From contig NC_086376.1 of NCBI RefSeq assembly GCF_036588685.1, positions 45,446,001 through 45,510,000 on the forward strand: a DNA stretch of 64,000 nt, given 5' to 3'. Each line of letters opens with the position of its first letter. Within the stretch, counting starts at the first letter, position 1. This DNA is from Mytilus trossulus. Taxonomy: Eukaryota. The translations under genes were made by a program, and so were the position numbers. The notes beneath the pieces are model-generated. The model did no database searches, was not told where the DNA came from, and was given only the letters and a program-made list of their open reading frames with translations. Positions 1 through 14,364 of this stretch are shown piece after piece.

Positions 1-3000
1 TATAATAGTCTTCATCAGGTAGGCTGTATTAGCAGACTGTGCAACTTCCTTTTTATGAGTCTCTGTTATGTGGCTCGTGTATGGAGTTGGGTCTATGTTT
101 TCATCCTTCAATTAAATACTATATCTGTAATATTGGATACAATATTAGTTTCAGTTTCTTGAAGGATGTTTACCTCTTTGATACGATGCTACTGGTGCAA
201 TGAAAACTTGGCAAATACGTCACTAACAAAAATAGGTTTTAATAAAGTTTTATTTTACATCTGTCACATATACATTCATGATTTTTTATCAAATAAAAAC
301 ATTAATATAATTATTCCCCCTGTACATATTTCTTCAAAAAGAAGATTCATATAACTGCCAAAGTAATATTGGCGCTATCTTGTAGAGTACTTTCTAACAA
401 TTCGGTAGTATATAAGTACAATACATGTATTTTACCTAACAAGTTGAAAGGTATTTAAGTAAATCTACAATTTACCTACAGAGCATCAGAAGCCATGCGT
501 CTTTAAAATTAACTCAGAAAGGTTTCTCCAATAGTAAAAAAAAAATGATAAGGAAGCTGCATAACTTTGTCTCTTATATTTGGATGAAGAAATAAGTTCC
601 AAACTATAAACTTTTTTAAATTAATTTTCTATACTATTGTCTGTTTATTAAATTTGCATCTAATATCATTTCTGCACACACTTCTTGATTTTCAGTCAGA
701 TGCTGTTTTGTTTTCTTAACCGATCAGGGATATTTGTTTCATATGAATACTGGATAAAACTATAACGTTTGATTTATGAAAGTGAAAAATTTAAATAATA
801 CCATCGGAATCCCTTTTTCCCTATCCAATATAAGAGACAAAGTTACAATGTCTTGTTTTAGAATAACAATCAATAAACTACATGTAAATCTTGGAAACAG
901 ATCTATGGAAGATCTGATGTCATAAATTCTTATTGCTGATATTGCACTACAAATGAAAATCATTATCCCTTTGTTTTCTTACATTTCACATATATCAATA
1001 TGTATGTTAATACATTTTTGTATCTACAAAGAATAGTTACCGAGGATTTTTTCATCATTTCTTACATACTGATGAGAGGAAGGATAAATAATGCTATTAA
1101 AACATTGTCAATTATACAAATATTTTTAAAAGAATAGTGATTAATTACACGTAGAATTCTTCTTTTATCCTGTATCTAAACATTTGTTATCCTTAAAATA
1201 TCTAGATGAAATGGGATTTATTTACACGTAACAAACGTTTTATGGCTACTTTAATTTCTAAAATAGTACAAATAAATTCATTTACGTATTTTAAGCAATT
1301 TTTCAAAGTCATTTTGAAAAAGTGGCAAGATTTGGACACAGCAAGAAATGTATTTCCTTTCTTTATCAAGATAACAACCTTACATGGCACATTGCACATT
1401 CCTCGGGCACCGTTGAAGGTGGCGAGAGCTAAATAAGCTTTTGATAACAAAATCCTGATTAATGATAGACTAATGAATATAAGCTTTCCTCTGTCAATAT
1501 TGGGTGATATATTGAAAAGTCGTGGTTGTTATTGAACAACCGTTTGAATAGAATTGTCCCTACTAGCGTTCTTTGGTCTAGCATGAGGTTAAATCTATTT
1601 ACAGACTTTAATTTCCTTAAAGTTCATTGTATGAAAATAAAGTACCAACGTTTAAAGGGTCGACCTCTTATTGGATTTTATGGCTTAAGGTACAAATGAC
1701 TATATGACGTTTAAAATTGATTACTTTTCTCGTTCCTGGGCCTCCCATTTACTTACTTTGTAAAATAATTTCAATCAAAAAATATTTCCGGGTTTGCCTA
1801 TACGTTCCCTTTTAAGAAAAAGGGGAGGCAATTTCCTGCTACTGTTACTCTTTAAAAATGATATTTGCCATGGGTTTCTTTCAAAACCAACTATGCATAA
1901 TTAGATTTAATCTTTTCTATAAATGATGAAATGTCTAAAATTGGAAGGAAATAATAGCAACATAACATAGCCATTTGTGATAATGGTTCAACAAAACAAT
2001 TTCTAAAACCTGAAATTATGACCTTAAAAAAAATGAACAATTCTGTCAAACTACCCTAAAATATAAAATTTTAGAAAGCTGTATTATTTCGATAGGCCGA
2101 TAAATCTATTACAATATGACAAAAATCCTTCACTTCCGGACTTTGAAACATTATTTTTAAATAAAATAGTCGCTTAGAAAAGACTTTGAAAGGTATAGAT
2201 AAACAAGAATGTACCTGTAACCCTGTATCATGTATAGCTTATCACAGATTTCGAATAACAGAGACGAAACAGGTATATTGGCTAAAATATGGATATAATT
2301 AAGTAAAAAGCAAACATCGAACCGAATTTAAAAGACTATTGGGGGATTTACAACACTTAACGTTTTGGTAAAATATTCGTTGGAATCGTACAAAGATAAA
2401 ACACAGGTGGACCATTGACGAAATAGGACATAAGTCGCATTTCAATATTCAATCCAGGGTATGAAATAATCAAAATACTGCAAGTCATTTGATACAAATA
2501 AATAAAACATTGAAAAAATGATATTTTCAGATATGGATGTAGTACTTTAGTTCTCTTTCGATGTTTATTCAGTACTTACAATATTGTACCTAAAGATCTA
2601 GACATGAACAGTTTTATTCTTAAAGCATGTTTAATTGGGTATTGTGTTTGAATAATAAAAAACTGAAATTTTATTACTTGGACAATGTTGAAGTGGACAA
2701 ATTTTAGAAAGCCCATATAATTGAATTCCTTATTATTGGCTTTTCTGTAAATGTAAACATATTTGGCATTAAACCAAACCGATCAATTGGGAAATAGGAG
2801 CCCAAATGTGGACTATTGGTCTTAAGACGATCTGCAACAATGAGCAAATCCCATACCGTATAGTCATCTATTATATGTCCCGACATGTCAAAAAATGTGA
2901 AACAATTGGAATGAAGAAGAAAAAAACTACCCATGATTTTTGACAAAACAATTAAAGTTGGTTCAGATAGCATCAGTAAATTTACCGGAAAACACAATTG

Positions 3001-3650
3001 TAAAAAGAAGTTGACTGCAGGCGGACTCCAAACGATAGTTTAAACTATAACTATGAGACAGATGACCTCAAGTCACTGTTAATATTTCAAATTGTACCTG
3101 ATGAAGTAAACAGTTACAGTTTTGTTTATTTGTTGCTCGCTAAAAGGGGTAGTTTAACTTTCACTGTTTATAGTATTGTGTATTAATTTGGGGTCAAAGA
3201 TTTTAATCCAACTCCTTGGTGGCATGCTCGGTTAAGGAGGAAATATTCCTCTTAACTAATGAATATTGATGGCAGTGAATTAAATATACATCTCTCACAT
3301 ATACTGAAGAAATAAAATATAATGTACATCTCATAATAACACCAAGAACAATAAATACAAAGTGAGTTCATATGACCTTTACCTTAAAGGCTAACTTAAT
3401 AACTAACATGTCAACTTTTTTTACTGTCTTTCTCTCTGCTAGTCAAATACTATATTGCAATGTAGAAAGATCCAGCCAGTGTCCACATATAGCATTTTTA
3501 AGGAAAATCACGTGGTGTGCTGTGAACACATGGCACATGATAATGTTATTGCAACTTTGTTAATTAATTCCACCATCAATAGTTGACGGATCCGTTTCCA
3601 CATATAGCACTATATAGCCTTGTCATTGCAACGTTATATGAGATTCATAT

Positions 3651-3836
3651 TTACGATAAATTAGAATCAAGGTAGTCACTTAAATGATCGTTTAGTTTTC
3701 CGGAACTGTCTGACGTGTCTTCGTCTATATCCGAATTTCCTTCCATGTCCTCAACTTGCTCTTGTTTCTTTTTAGCTGTAGCCATTTCAGCAGCATGTTT
3801 CTTTCTCCATTTTGTGCGTCTGTTTTGAAACCACAC
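3651..3836 (-). CDS. Nkx6: Nkx6 coding exon 3 (helix 3 and acidic C-terminus)
   Basis: Acceptor TATTTTCAG|GTG, phase 0. Encodes [25 protein letters not shown] plus an acidic tail; stop TAA at 3653-3651. Spliced CDS is 795 nt = 264 aa, with the intron between homeodomain residues 46 and 47. Confidence 0.97.
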   Translation of the reverse strand: MWFQNRRTKWRKKHAAEMATAKKKQEQVEDMEGNSDIDEDTSDSSGKLNDHLSDYLDSNLS

Positions 3837-4254
3837 CTGAAAATATAAATTTTGAACATGAGAAAACGTATATTGTGACATAATTCAGAACTATAAAAAA
3901 AGAAATGAAGCAGGTACTCTTTATCAGTTGTTTTAAGTATAAAATCAGGGAGAATTAGTTTTATGTGACAATATGGCCTTTGTTTATTGTTGGTGATGGT
4001 CTGTGGTGACCATTATATAAAAAGATACGTTAATGTAGACTTTCGTTGTTGTTTTGCTGGGCATTGAAAGTTAACAACGATATATAAGTGCCGCAACACA
4101 ATGGCCACCATAAATAATTAAGAAAATCCGTTTTTTTTTTAAATAATTCACTGGTAGCTTCATACAATTTTATGAATTTACAGATAAGCATCACAACACA
4201 CACCAATTACATTTTTCAATAAAGAGGTTAATTCAGAAAAACGTATAATGTTCT

Positions 4255-4475
4255 CAACCACAAAAGTATAAAAACCATGCATCCAATTTTCTAAATCATA
4301 ATTTAATAGTACATATATGAGCCGTTCACTTTTTTAAACCACATAAGTACAGCATGAACAATTCATTTTTTTAACCACAAAAGTACAGCATGAATCATTC
4401 AATTTTCTCGAGCACAAGGTACAGACCTGAACCATCCAGTTTTTCATCACAAAAGTACAGATAGGAACCATTCAA
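4255..4475. repeat. Degenerate ~35-bp minisatellite
   Basis: Recurrent ACCACAAAAGTACAGCATGAAC.ATTCAATTTT units. Confidence 0.65.
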
Positions 4476-4559
4476 TTTACTTAACTTGGAAAATAACACT
4501 ACAGTAAAGTAGCCTGAAAACCATTGTAATAACTTGGTAATAAGATATAACAATATAAC

Positions 4560-4850
4560 AGTAAATAAACTCATCATAGATACCAGGACTAAATTTAGAA
4601 TACATGCCAGACGCGCGTTTCGTCTACAAAAGTCTCATCAGTGACGCTCGAATCCAAAAATGTTAAAAAGGCCAAATAAAGTACGAAGTTGAAGAGCATT
4701 GAGGACCAAAGTTCCATAAAGTTTTGCCAAGACAGCATCAAATACTTCCATGCATGTAGACTTCAAGAAACAAAAAAAATAAGCTAAGGGACTTCATCAT
4801 CAAGATTTCTGGAAATAGAGAAACTCTTTCGCCAATTCATTATTGTTATA
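4560..4850 (-). mobile_element. Fragment of the family 1 hammerhead-containing (retrozyme/PLE-like) repeat
   Basis: Shares body sequence (GTTGAAGAGCATTGAGGA, ACCAGGA flank) with copies at 37350-37770, 43650-43770 and 50440-51515. Confidence 0.8.
4604..4647 (-). ncRNA. Type I minimal hammerhead ribozyme (family 1), partly decayed, in Nkx6 intron 2
   Basis: Minus strand reads GCGUCA CUGAUGA GACU-UUUGU-AGAC GAAA C-GCGC-GUC^UGGCAU. Core is intact; one A.A mismatch in helix II and one C.A mismatch in helix I. Confidence 0.75.
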
Positions 4851-7800
4851 ATTAAGGCAACAGTTGAATATAGCCATTTACTTCGAGGAAATCACATTGT
4901 ATAGAGAAAGAACAACAACAGAACATTTTCTAATCAAAGGCAAACAATAGAACTGTACAGTCCCGACAAAATAAAAAAAATATAATGAGAGATAAAGAAA
5001 AAACTCAGTTGGAAAATCATCAGATTTGGGGCAGACATTTTTTATACACCAAGAGAAACAGCAAAACAGTATCCCCAAATTTTTTAACAAACAACGTTAC
5101 TGTAGTCAGGGGAAAAAAAACCATTTGCTACAGATAGACATACGATGCAACAGTGCCGTTAAAAAAAACTTCATATTTGTTTAGACAAGTATGGAAAGAC
5201 CTGGAAAATGGTAAATGGTAAAATATCACCTACAATATCTTTATAATTTAAGAGATTTTAAGGCTAGATCGTCTAAGCAATCCAATAAATCTATCTTTTT
5301 ATTCAAGACATCCAAATCATATTAGTCCTGATTCGTCTCTGATCAGGTTTTATACCAATACATCACGAATACAAACAAAGCTATAATTCTTAGTCAATAC
5401 AGTTATTTGTTGAATGTGTATCATTGGAACTTAAAATGAAATAAATTAAAATATATTTTGCAGATATAACTTCCACTGATTGTCTTTGTAAATAATAAAA
5501 GTTGATTTACATACAAATGAAACAGTTAAAATCTACAGATTGTTGACATAGAATTAATGTGATTGGTAATTGTGAATTGCTTTTTGACAAATTACTGATA
5601 AACTAAATGGTAAATTTCCTATAACAATGAATTGCATTTTTACAAGAATATACAAAATGGAGAGATTTTTTTTAAACTGTCGTGCTTTAAAAGTCCTAAT
5701 TTTAAGTGCAATTTTAAGTTCGTTTGCTAAGTCCTATTACTTCTATTTACAACATTTGACATTTTAATTTGAAAAAAGCAATAAAAGAAGTGCTTGTTAA
5801 AAACATTAACAAAATGGTTTACTTTTACAAATTGTGACTTGGATGGAGAGTTGTCTCATTAATTGGCACTCATACCATATCTTTTTATGTCTATTATCTG
5901 TATAAATTTCCAAAAACATAATTGCCAAATTGTAACTATGTTTTTTTGTTCCCGGTTACAAAATAACTATGCTCTTTCTCAGCTACAAACAAATCAGAGA
6001 GAACATATTAACAACGGTCGTTTGGTATATTCAAATATTGGCCACGAAGTATGTCTATTTCTTATTAATCAAAACAGCTTCAGTTCACGAAAACAAATTT
6101 GAAGGGACAATATCAAAACAAAAATGATAAAAAAATGTTTTAAATGAAATAACATGCAAATCAGTTTATTCTAAGGTTTTTATTGTCAAGAAAAATCGAA
6201 GAAACCGTTTCTATTTAAAAATACACACACAACAAAACCAACAAATGGCAAGAAAAGAAATGCAGGGAAACAGATAAAGAATAATTCATCTTTGCCACGA
6301 AAACTTCTTAATTTATATCCAAATGATATTTTACAATACCAAATGTTAATCCATATATTTTTTACATGGAACAAATAAAATAAACAGAACAAAAACAAAC
6401 GAACAAAGTTCAGTTATAAACTTCTCTAATATGAATCAAAACATGGTGTAATATTGCAAGAACCAAAGAAATTTATTGTGTTTATAGGAATATAATTAAT
6501 ACCAATGTGCGGCAAATTTGTAATTTAGCTATTTGATTCTATTATTTACAAATTATATTTCATCAGAAGTGAATTTCTTGTATATGTTTTTCAATAAAGA
6601 AACGATTTGTGTTTAATTCGGCACGATCCTTAGCGGTAACAGGTGTTAATAACTAGGAGAAATTCATCTTATATACTTTTGAACACAACTAATTATCCAT
6701 GCCAATGGCTTCTTCAAATATCTCGATATTTTGAAATAATTTTTTTTTTACAAAAGTCAGCAAGTTATGTTTCCAAGTAAGAAAAACAGTTAATTGTCTG
6801 TATTCTCTGAAGCAAAAAATATCGATTGGTGACGTGTACAATTAAAACTTTAGACGAATGAAGGCAATGACCAAAGGGTATTTCTAATTCATCATTTGAA
6901 ATCAAATATATGCTCAGTATATATGTATGTAGTTATAATACATTTGATTTTCGATGATATATTATTGGAAACACATCATTGGTTGAGAGTGATGAGTGCT
7001 GAGTTCTATGCATAATGTATTGTCATTGAGTTAAACGAGTTATCATATTCACGACGAGGACAGTCAGATACCCGCTAATGGTATATATAAATTTCTCAAA
7101 TATGTTCTTTAGATTCAAAAACACTACAGTAAAACCATTATGATTTACGGAATAATTAATTTTAATTGATTTAGAAACATGAATGTCCTGGAATTTATTC
7201 AAAACAAAAGGTATATGTATAGACCTAATGAATTTTATAGATTGCGTATAGCCTGCTCGAAACCATTTATGAATATATTTAGTAGAAAAAAGTACCAAAT
7301 TGAGAAATGAAAAATATAGTGCCATTGCAATGCCATCGTTGAAGCTATCAACTTTGCAAATTAAAATTGTAACGACCCGACAATTTATACCGAAATAATT
7401 TACTTCATACGGGAACCTGTCTAGTTTCATTTGACAGTGTATAAACCGAACTCTGAAAAAAAACAGAACAACCAATAAAAAAGTATAACAACGAATTTAA
7501 AGGATACTGATGAACAGATATAACATTTGATTTGACGAATCAAAACAGGACCATGTCTATATGTAAATAAGTGCACAACGCAAAAATGACACAGCATTTT
7601 AACCATGTATTGTTTACAATTCGAATGTTACTCTCACCAACGCTTCCAACAATGTGTTTGGTTCCCATCAAAAAGTTAAAAATACTTAATATACTACAAT
7701 TTTATTTTCAGACTTTGTTGCGCCACTGTCAAATAAAAGACAAAATGAATGCACTATAAACATACGCAGATTACACAGATATATAGGAATTACTTAAAAC

Positions 7801-10800
7801 TCCAGTTAATTGCAACTAAACATAACACCCAGTAAAGTTTTCATAGCCAAATTGTTGTTGAGTAGATTTATTCTTGTTTTGTTAAATAGATAGCGATGAT
7901 AATGACGATGTATGTACAGTTTGCGGAATAGTTTGGTCCAAACAGTGGAATAATAAAACATTTTCATCTATCTAGACGTCCCGTGTCGGCTCCGTGTACA
8001 GACTTTTTATATATATATGCGAGATAGTCATTAGTATATGATGTGCAAGGGGGATTTGTTTAATCTGTCATAATTGTTAAACAAATTAAAGAAGGTATGA
8101 TTTCCCGATGCTGACACAGTGCATGAGGAATTTCCTTCAAAACCTCCAGTCATCTTAGTATTACAACTATTACATGTACAATCTCTATTGATTTCAATTC
8201 ATTATGTTCATATATTTTGTGCTAGACTAAATATAACATGCGAGGGGTATTACAACTTCAGAAGTTTTAATTTTATGTGACAAATTATCATAAAACAAGC
8301 GCGCATTCCAACACTTTAGTACGAGCTTAATATGCCGTTAAAATTAGTTATATATTAAATGTATAACGGCATGAAATGGTATTTGAATAATTCACATAAC
8401 ATTGCAATTGGCTATGCAGAATACTATGACACATATGCACTAAACGAATCTATACCAAAAACTGCTTTGGATCGTTATTCGGGTGGTAAAAAGGCACCAA
8501 ATCGAAGACCAGACTAAATTTAGATAAAACGCAATCAAATTATGAAGCCCACATTAACAAAGAACTGATATCGCATTTCACTACAGCTTTAATAAGTAGG
8601 GTATTCAAGAATATCTTCCCATAAAACGGTTAGTGACGTCAAATGTATTGGACTTGACGTTGATATCTGACCTGAGTCAATTTTATAGATAGGGTGATTT
8701 AACCATGATATACCAACTGAAAATCGGGATTAGAAGAAAAATATAAAACTTAAAAGAAGTGGTATGGTGCATTTCGTATTATTGGCGATACGAGTGTTTA
8801 CTCTACGTTTATGCTCAAAGATAAGACCTTTTTTGTGTGCTTATATAAATATATAATAATTCCTTATTAGGTCGTACATTCGTCTGCCACAGGGAATAAA
8901 GATATATACAAATTCTTTCAGCGCTATAACTTAAAACTGACTGATAATTGTTTGTATTTATGTTCATCAGCCCGAATTAAGTGGTTTAATGGTGGTTTAT
9001 TAAAGTCCAAGACATTAAGCAAGCACTTTTCTAATTCCCATGAACTTTCAGGACATGGTGGTCTTCGACAATAATTTTGACAACTGAACCTATATATGGC
9101 AAGTATAAGACTCTCTCAAATGGTTTTGAGTAATGAAATTTTTTTTAAAAGATTATGATTATATAAAGTTTTTGTTAAATCATTGCGTCTGGTATATTTT
9201 GGGATAAATATCGATTCACCTATTTAGAGTATGAAGCAACACTTTATATTTCAGTTTGAAAGACGACGTTTAAGATATCGTCTTCTTAACTGAATTAAAA
9301 TTTTGAACACGTGCTTATCATTTTTTTTTTTATTATTGAACAAGATTGTGTGTTTTCTTTACTATATATGACGTGGCTGAAAAAAAATGCATTCACGGTT
9401 TTAAAATGAAAACAAAATATTTTTTTCGAACAAAATATTAGCTGTAGAAAAAAACCTGAGCAGATTTATATAGAAGTTCAAAAGGGTAAAAATTGCACTT
9501 TAAAAAATCCAAAAGTAAAGGGATTACTCAATGTACCGTTGTCAAAATCCATAATTGAAATTATAAAAATATCATGCACCTCACTGCATGTACCCGGATC
9601 AATTCAAGTTTTAAACGTTTTAAACTATTTTTTTCATTTAGCATTCATTTCATTTAACATCTGAATGATTTGATCGTCATAGGTTATTAAGTAGGAAAGC
9701 AGATTTTAGCCCACAAATGTTCATGAAGTTTATCCGTGCTTTTTGTTAACTTGAACATGGCATCTTAATTCTGACCTAAGCCGTGTCGTGGCTTTCATAT
9801 TTGTCGTAGGACCTCTCTGTGATCAACAATTACCTTTTTGCTAAATGGAGGAAATTTAATTAATAAAATATCAAACATAAATTGTTTGATCCTTCCTCTA
9901 TCATAAATGTTTCAATTTCTATTTCAAACGGCTAATTTATAGTTGCTTTTTGCCAAATTTCCATAATCCCTAAAAAGTCTAACGAATACAGAGGAAATTA
10001 ACAATCGATGTAAACAGATAAATAACTGGGCTGTAATGGACTCTCATTATCTCACGAAGACATTAAGCCTTTATAATTATATAAAATCTTCAGCATTATT
10101 GTTCTCTTCTCATACACCGTAAATGTTCAAACACGACCGTTCAATCTATTAACAGCCAAAGTCACAAAGGAACGAATTATGACGCAGCCAAGATAATGAT
10201 CCATGGAGATCGAACAATAAAAAGCCACTTGGCTGATTTGTAACTTTGCAGCTTCAGAAATTAATCCAATTCGAATGAACGATCATTTACCATAGAAATA
10301 TCCCATTTATTGAAATTCGCTAGTCGAATTTATTCAAACAGCTTACGTTTGGTGTGTTTGCTAATAATTCATCTTCTTTCGCTTTAATGGCTCTCCCCAC
10401 TTCATCACATAATTAAGAGACTATATATTCGATTGTTCCTAATGAAATTTCACACAATTCTTATATTAATTTCGTCTTCACTGTTCATGTTTAGTCAATC
10501 GACAGTTGCCCCTCTATTTTCATTAGTTTTTACGGTTAATTGCCCAAGCAAGATAGAAAAGTGACGAATTTAACCAAAGACCTTGCCTGACGCCTTTTTA
10601 TTTTCAGATTGGACTTTTCGTAAATTGATTTAGATGTTTTCTAGTTAATATTTCATACAAATGCACTTTTGTTTAAGCATAATAAGATGAATTAGTTAAG
10701 AGACAATTCGTGTAACCATGTTGTATGAATGTGTATATTAGTCAGAGAAAAAAAATCAAGTCACTTATAATTGAGTACACAAATACATTTTTCATTCTCA

Positions 10801-13509
10801 AAAAATTCTGTCATTATAATTTTAGAAAAAAACTCCTATAAAGTCTGGCTCTACTGTTAACATTTATAGCTTCAATGTACCACGTCGGTTTGTTCAATTT
10901 TTGTTTTATTGCACATTAAGACGAAGCTACTTCGGACGAATAAATAAACCTTAAAGTTTTATAGTGCAATTTTTACTATTATTCCATTTAATCTTAAACC
11001 GGATGGGTTTGGTGCATAATTTGTCCGAGAAAATGGCAAACGGATATGCCTTCTAATCCAGCCAAGCAACCTTAAATAGTGAATGAAATATTTAGAAGTA
11101 GAAATTTAGAAGTAGTAACTTCGCAAAAATTGTCGAACAATTAAGAGTTAATACCTTTCAATAAAAGTTTATTCTTATAGTATTTAGTGGTTTAAAATCT
11201 ATAGAATAGTACTAAATAGTTCATTTCAAGGGATAAAATGAAAAGAAATGTCAATTGTCGACGTACAAATGGCGCTTGGGCTTTGTGGTGTTTCAGACAT
11301 CTGTGTGATAAGTTTACAAACGCTTTGATGACCAAGTTTCCTTTAATCGTTCAAATTGATGCGAAAATGAAAGTAAATCTTGTGAGGATAACATAAACAT
11401 AAATTTTGTACTCAACATCAATCCTGTCAATAAATGTTATGACTATTAGTATGAAATATACCTATTGCAGATGTTACGGTGTCTTAAATTAGAATTGTTC
11501 ATTTTGAAATTTTCATATTTTCGCTTAAGGAATAATCCATGTAGAAAAGTTCTTTTGACAGATAATCATGTTTACTTTAACTGTGATATTAAATGTAATG
11601 TACAAAAGAGACCATTTCCACAAGTTCAACAAACAAATGCTGTTTTGTGCTTTTGTTCTATACTAATATCTTCCGCATGAACGAAAAGCCCGATGCTTTC
11701 ATAAAACAATAACCATTCTTTAAGTAAAATAAAGGAAAATGATTTAACTGGGCATTTCATTTCGCATGGATAAAAGATTTTTATTGGCCATAAATGAAGC
11801 ATTCAGACATTGTAAAAGGCTGATTGAAAACATTATTATTAGTAATTGTTTTCCTGATATGTATACATAGTCATCTAAGTGAACCCAATTGATGAATAAT
11901 AATATATATGTATATTATGCTAAATAAGATTTTTAAACTTATAAAAGGTTAATATTCGGACCCATGAAAGCCCTATTAAATTAGAAAATAATTCTGACAA
12001 TAAGGGCGAATTCCCAAATGCAAATCAGGACACCGGGTTTTGTTTTATTTTTATTTGGTGGACATGCCTCAAGAGTGCATATTGAATGCATATGAATTAA
12101 TACATTTTATTCTCTGTATATATTTCTAATTTTCTTTTTTTTGAAAGTGAAATAAGGCATGGTAACAGAAAACGGGGGCTAATAATCCCAAGAGATAACA
12201 TTTTCATTTGACCCTCAAATAAAAATTCAATTACATAATGAAAATCGATTTTAATTTACTGAAAAGAGCGATTATGAAATTTAACGATAACTATTTAAGA
12301 AATTGAACAATAGTTAAGGATACAGACATTAAAGAGTGATAACTAAATTAAATGAATCAAAGAAACCGCCTGTAGGTATGTAACGAGAGATTAAAGCTGT
12401 ACTTAAGATGTGGTGAAGGAATCAATGAGATTTTCAAAATCAAAGGATCACTTTCAGGTAATTGTCGAGGTATCATTTCCTCGTTTTTGGAATTTTATGT
12501 AATATTAACCCAACCCTCTTTGATAAGCTCAGGTGCTTACTTTCTGTTCAAAATAAATATTTCAGTCAATTATTTGACCGAAAGCCGGGTATCATTAAGA
12601 AAATTGATACTTGAAGATTTAAGTAAAAGAAAAATCCTACTTAAATTGTCTTTCCAATTTCTAAACTACTGCAGGCTTTATATATATATATATATAAATA
12701 TCATTTTAGGAACAATCAGGGTAAGAACATGTTTAAAAGAATAAGTTAATAAGTATCAAAATATTTATTTTAAGTTTGTTAAAATGTGAATCATACATTC
12801 GCACTCTTTGCGCCGGACATTGTATAACTTGTAATAACATTTCATTTTGTTTTTTATAAAAATTGCAAAATGCAAACGAATATATAAAATCAGAAACATT
12901 TTGACCAAAAAAAGAAGCGACAAATTCCTTAATTTTCTAGCAATAAATTCTGATATACATTAACTCTCACGTGTACATCAAGAAAAGATGAAGAAGTATT
13001 AATTGAGAATTATACCTCATCATCTTTTATAAACAAAAATAAACTTTCATTGATGTTCGTTCCTGTGTAAATAAAATAAGAAATTGACGGCTTTATCTTA
13101 ACGATTGTTTAACGGGAGCTGTCTCATAAAGTAAAATATAATGGACATTCGTTTGTAATTAAGACCATTTTGTTTAAGATCTGTTTAATGTTCTATCAAA
13201 TCTCTATTTTCTGCAATTAGAAGAAACGGAATTTCACGCCAAATTAATAAAGAAAAATATTCAAATATCTACCTTGGGATTAATTTAAAGAACTTTGAAC
13301 TCATTTAATTCTTTAGAAGATGGCGGTATTATATTTGAATATTGTACTTCTGTTAATGTGTGTTTGTCTATATCGATGTTCTTTTGATTTTTTGGGAAAT
13401 AATGAAGCCCCATCTTGGATGCAATAACAAGTTTATTCTTTATAGAACCTTCTTGAAAGTTAAGAATGTTAAAAAAAAACTAACCAAAAACGGACCTAAT
13501 GGTTTTACA

Positions 13510-13665
13510 CTAGTAATTTTTGGGCCCTTTATAGCCTGTTGTTCGGTGTGAGCCAAGGCTCCGTGTTGAAGTCCGTACATTGACCTATAATAGTTTACTT
13601 TTTTTAAATTGTTATTTGGATGGAGAGTTGTCTCATTGGCACTCACATCATATCTTCCTATATCT
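13510..13665 (+). repeat. Family A-related subfamily (ends GGATGGAGAGTTGTCTCATTGGCACTCACA..CTTCCTATATCT)
   Basis: Related copies at 5813-5892, 30850-30997, 32700-32802 (-) and 54147-54232 (-). Confidence 0.8.
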
Positions 13666-14364
13666 GTTAAAACTTAGAAGATATTTAACAATATTTCAAC
13701 AACAACAAAATTAAGCTCATAATTTTTTTCGTTACGACTTTTTTTTCTCTGTTGTCACAATTCTTTTGAAAAAATGAACGAATCAGCTGGACTATCAACT
13801 TTTATCGTCAAAAAGATTCGGCATAGGACACATATTATTTTCCCAATTACTCTTATTTGAGCACAACAAGTCTGCAATTTTGTGGAAGCATTTTTTGTTT
13901 ATATATATTCTCTTAAACGTACTGTCATGATCTTGTGTGCTGCTGCTGTTAACTCACATATACGTAATCAAATGTGAAGTCTTGTTTGAATCAATCATGA
14001 TTTATATTGGTCATGGAATTGCAAAAATCAAAAAAATATTTTGAAAATACTTGTCACTGGCTAAGAGCGATACTGTAGATCTATATTTACTTTTGTCTGA
14101 ATTCCATAATTATGAACCGAACCCAACCTACCAAAACTTATATCGTAATAAACTCTATATACGACTTTCTGTTTCAATATAATAAATTATTTTGCTTAAT
14201 CAAATTTTCAATCAACTATGGTCACATGTGCTAAGAATGGACTCTGGAAACTCTAGAAAGATTCATAGTTAGTTGAATTTAAGATGAAATGTTTGTATTT
14301 GTTAGTTTGTTTTTATTTTTTGGTGGTGGGGTATGATATACGATCAATTATATACATTGTATAT

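Noticed and set aside
1-115. CTGATGA at the window edge (minus strand) and a short open frame LKDENIDPTPY...
   Set aside because: Truncated by the window boundary; neither a hammerhead nor an exon can be supported.
7023-7475. 150-aa ORF; likewise 27103-27543 (146 aa) and 57220-57564 (114 aa)
   Set aside because: Low-complexity F/I/K/N-rich translations typical of AT-rich non-coding DNA, with no recognisable domains. 27103-27543 also overlaps a repeat fragment.
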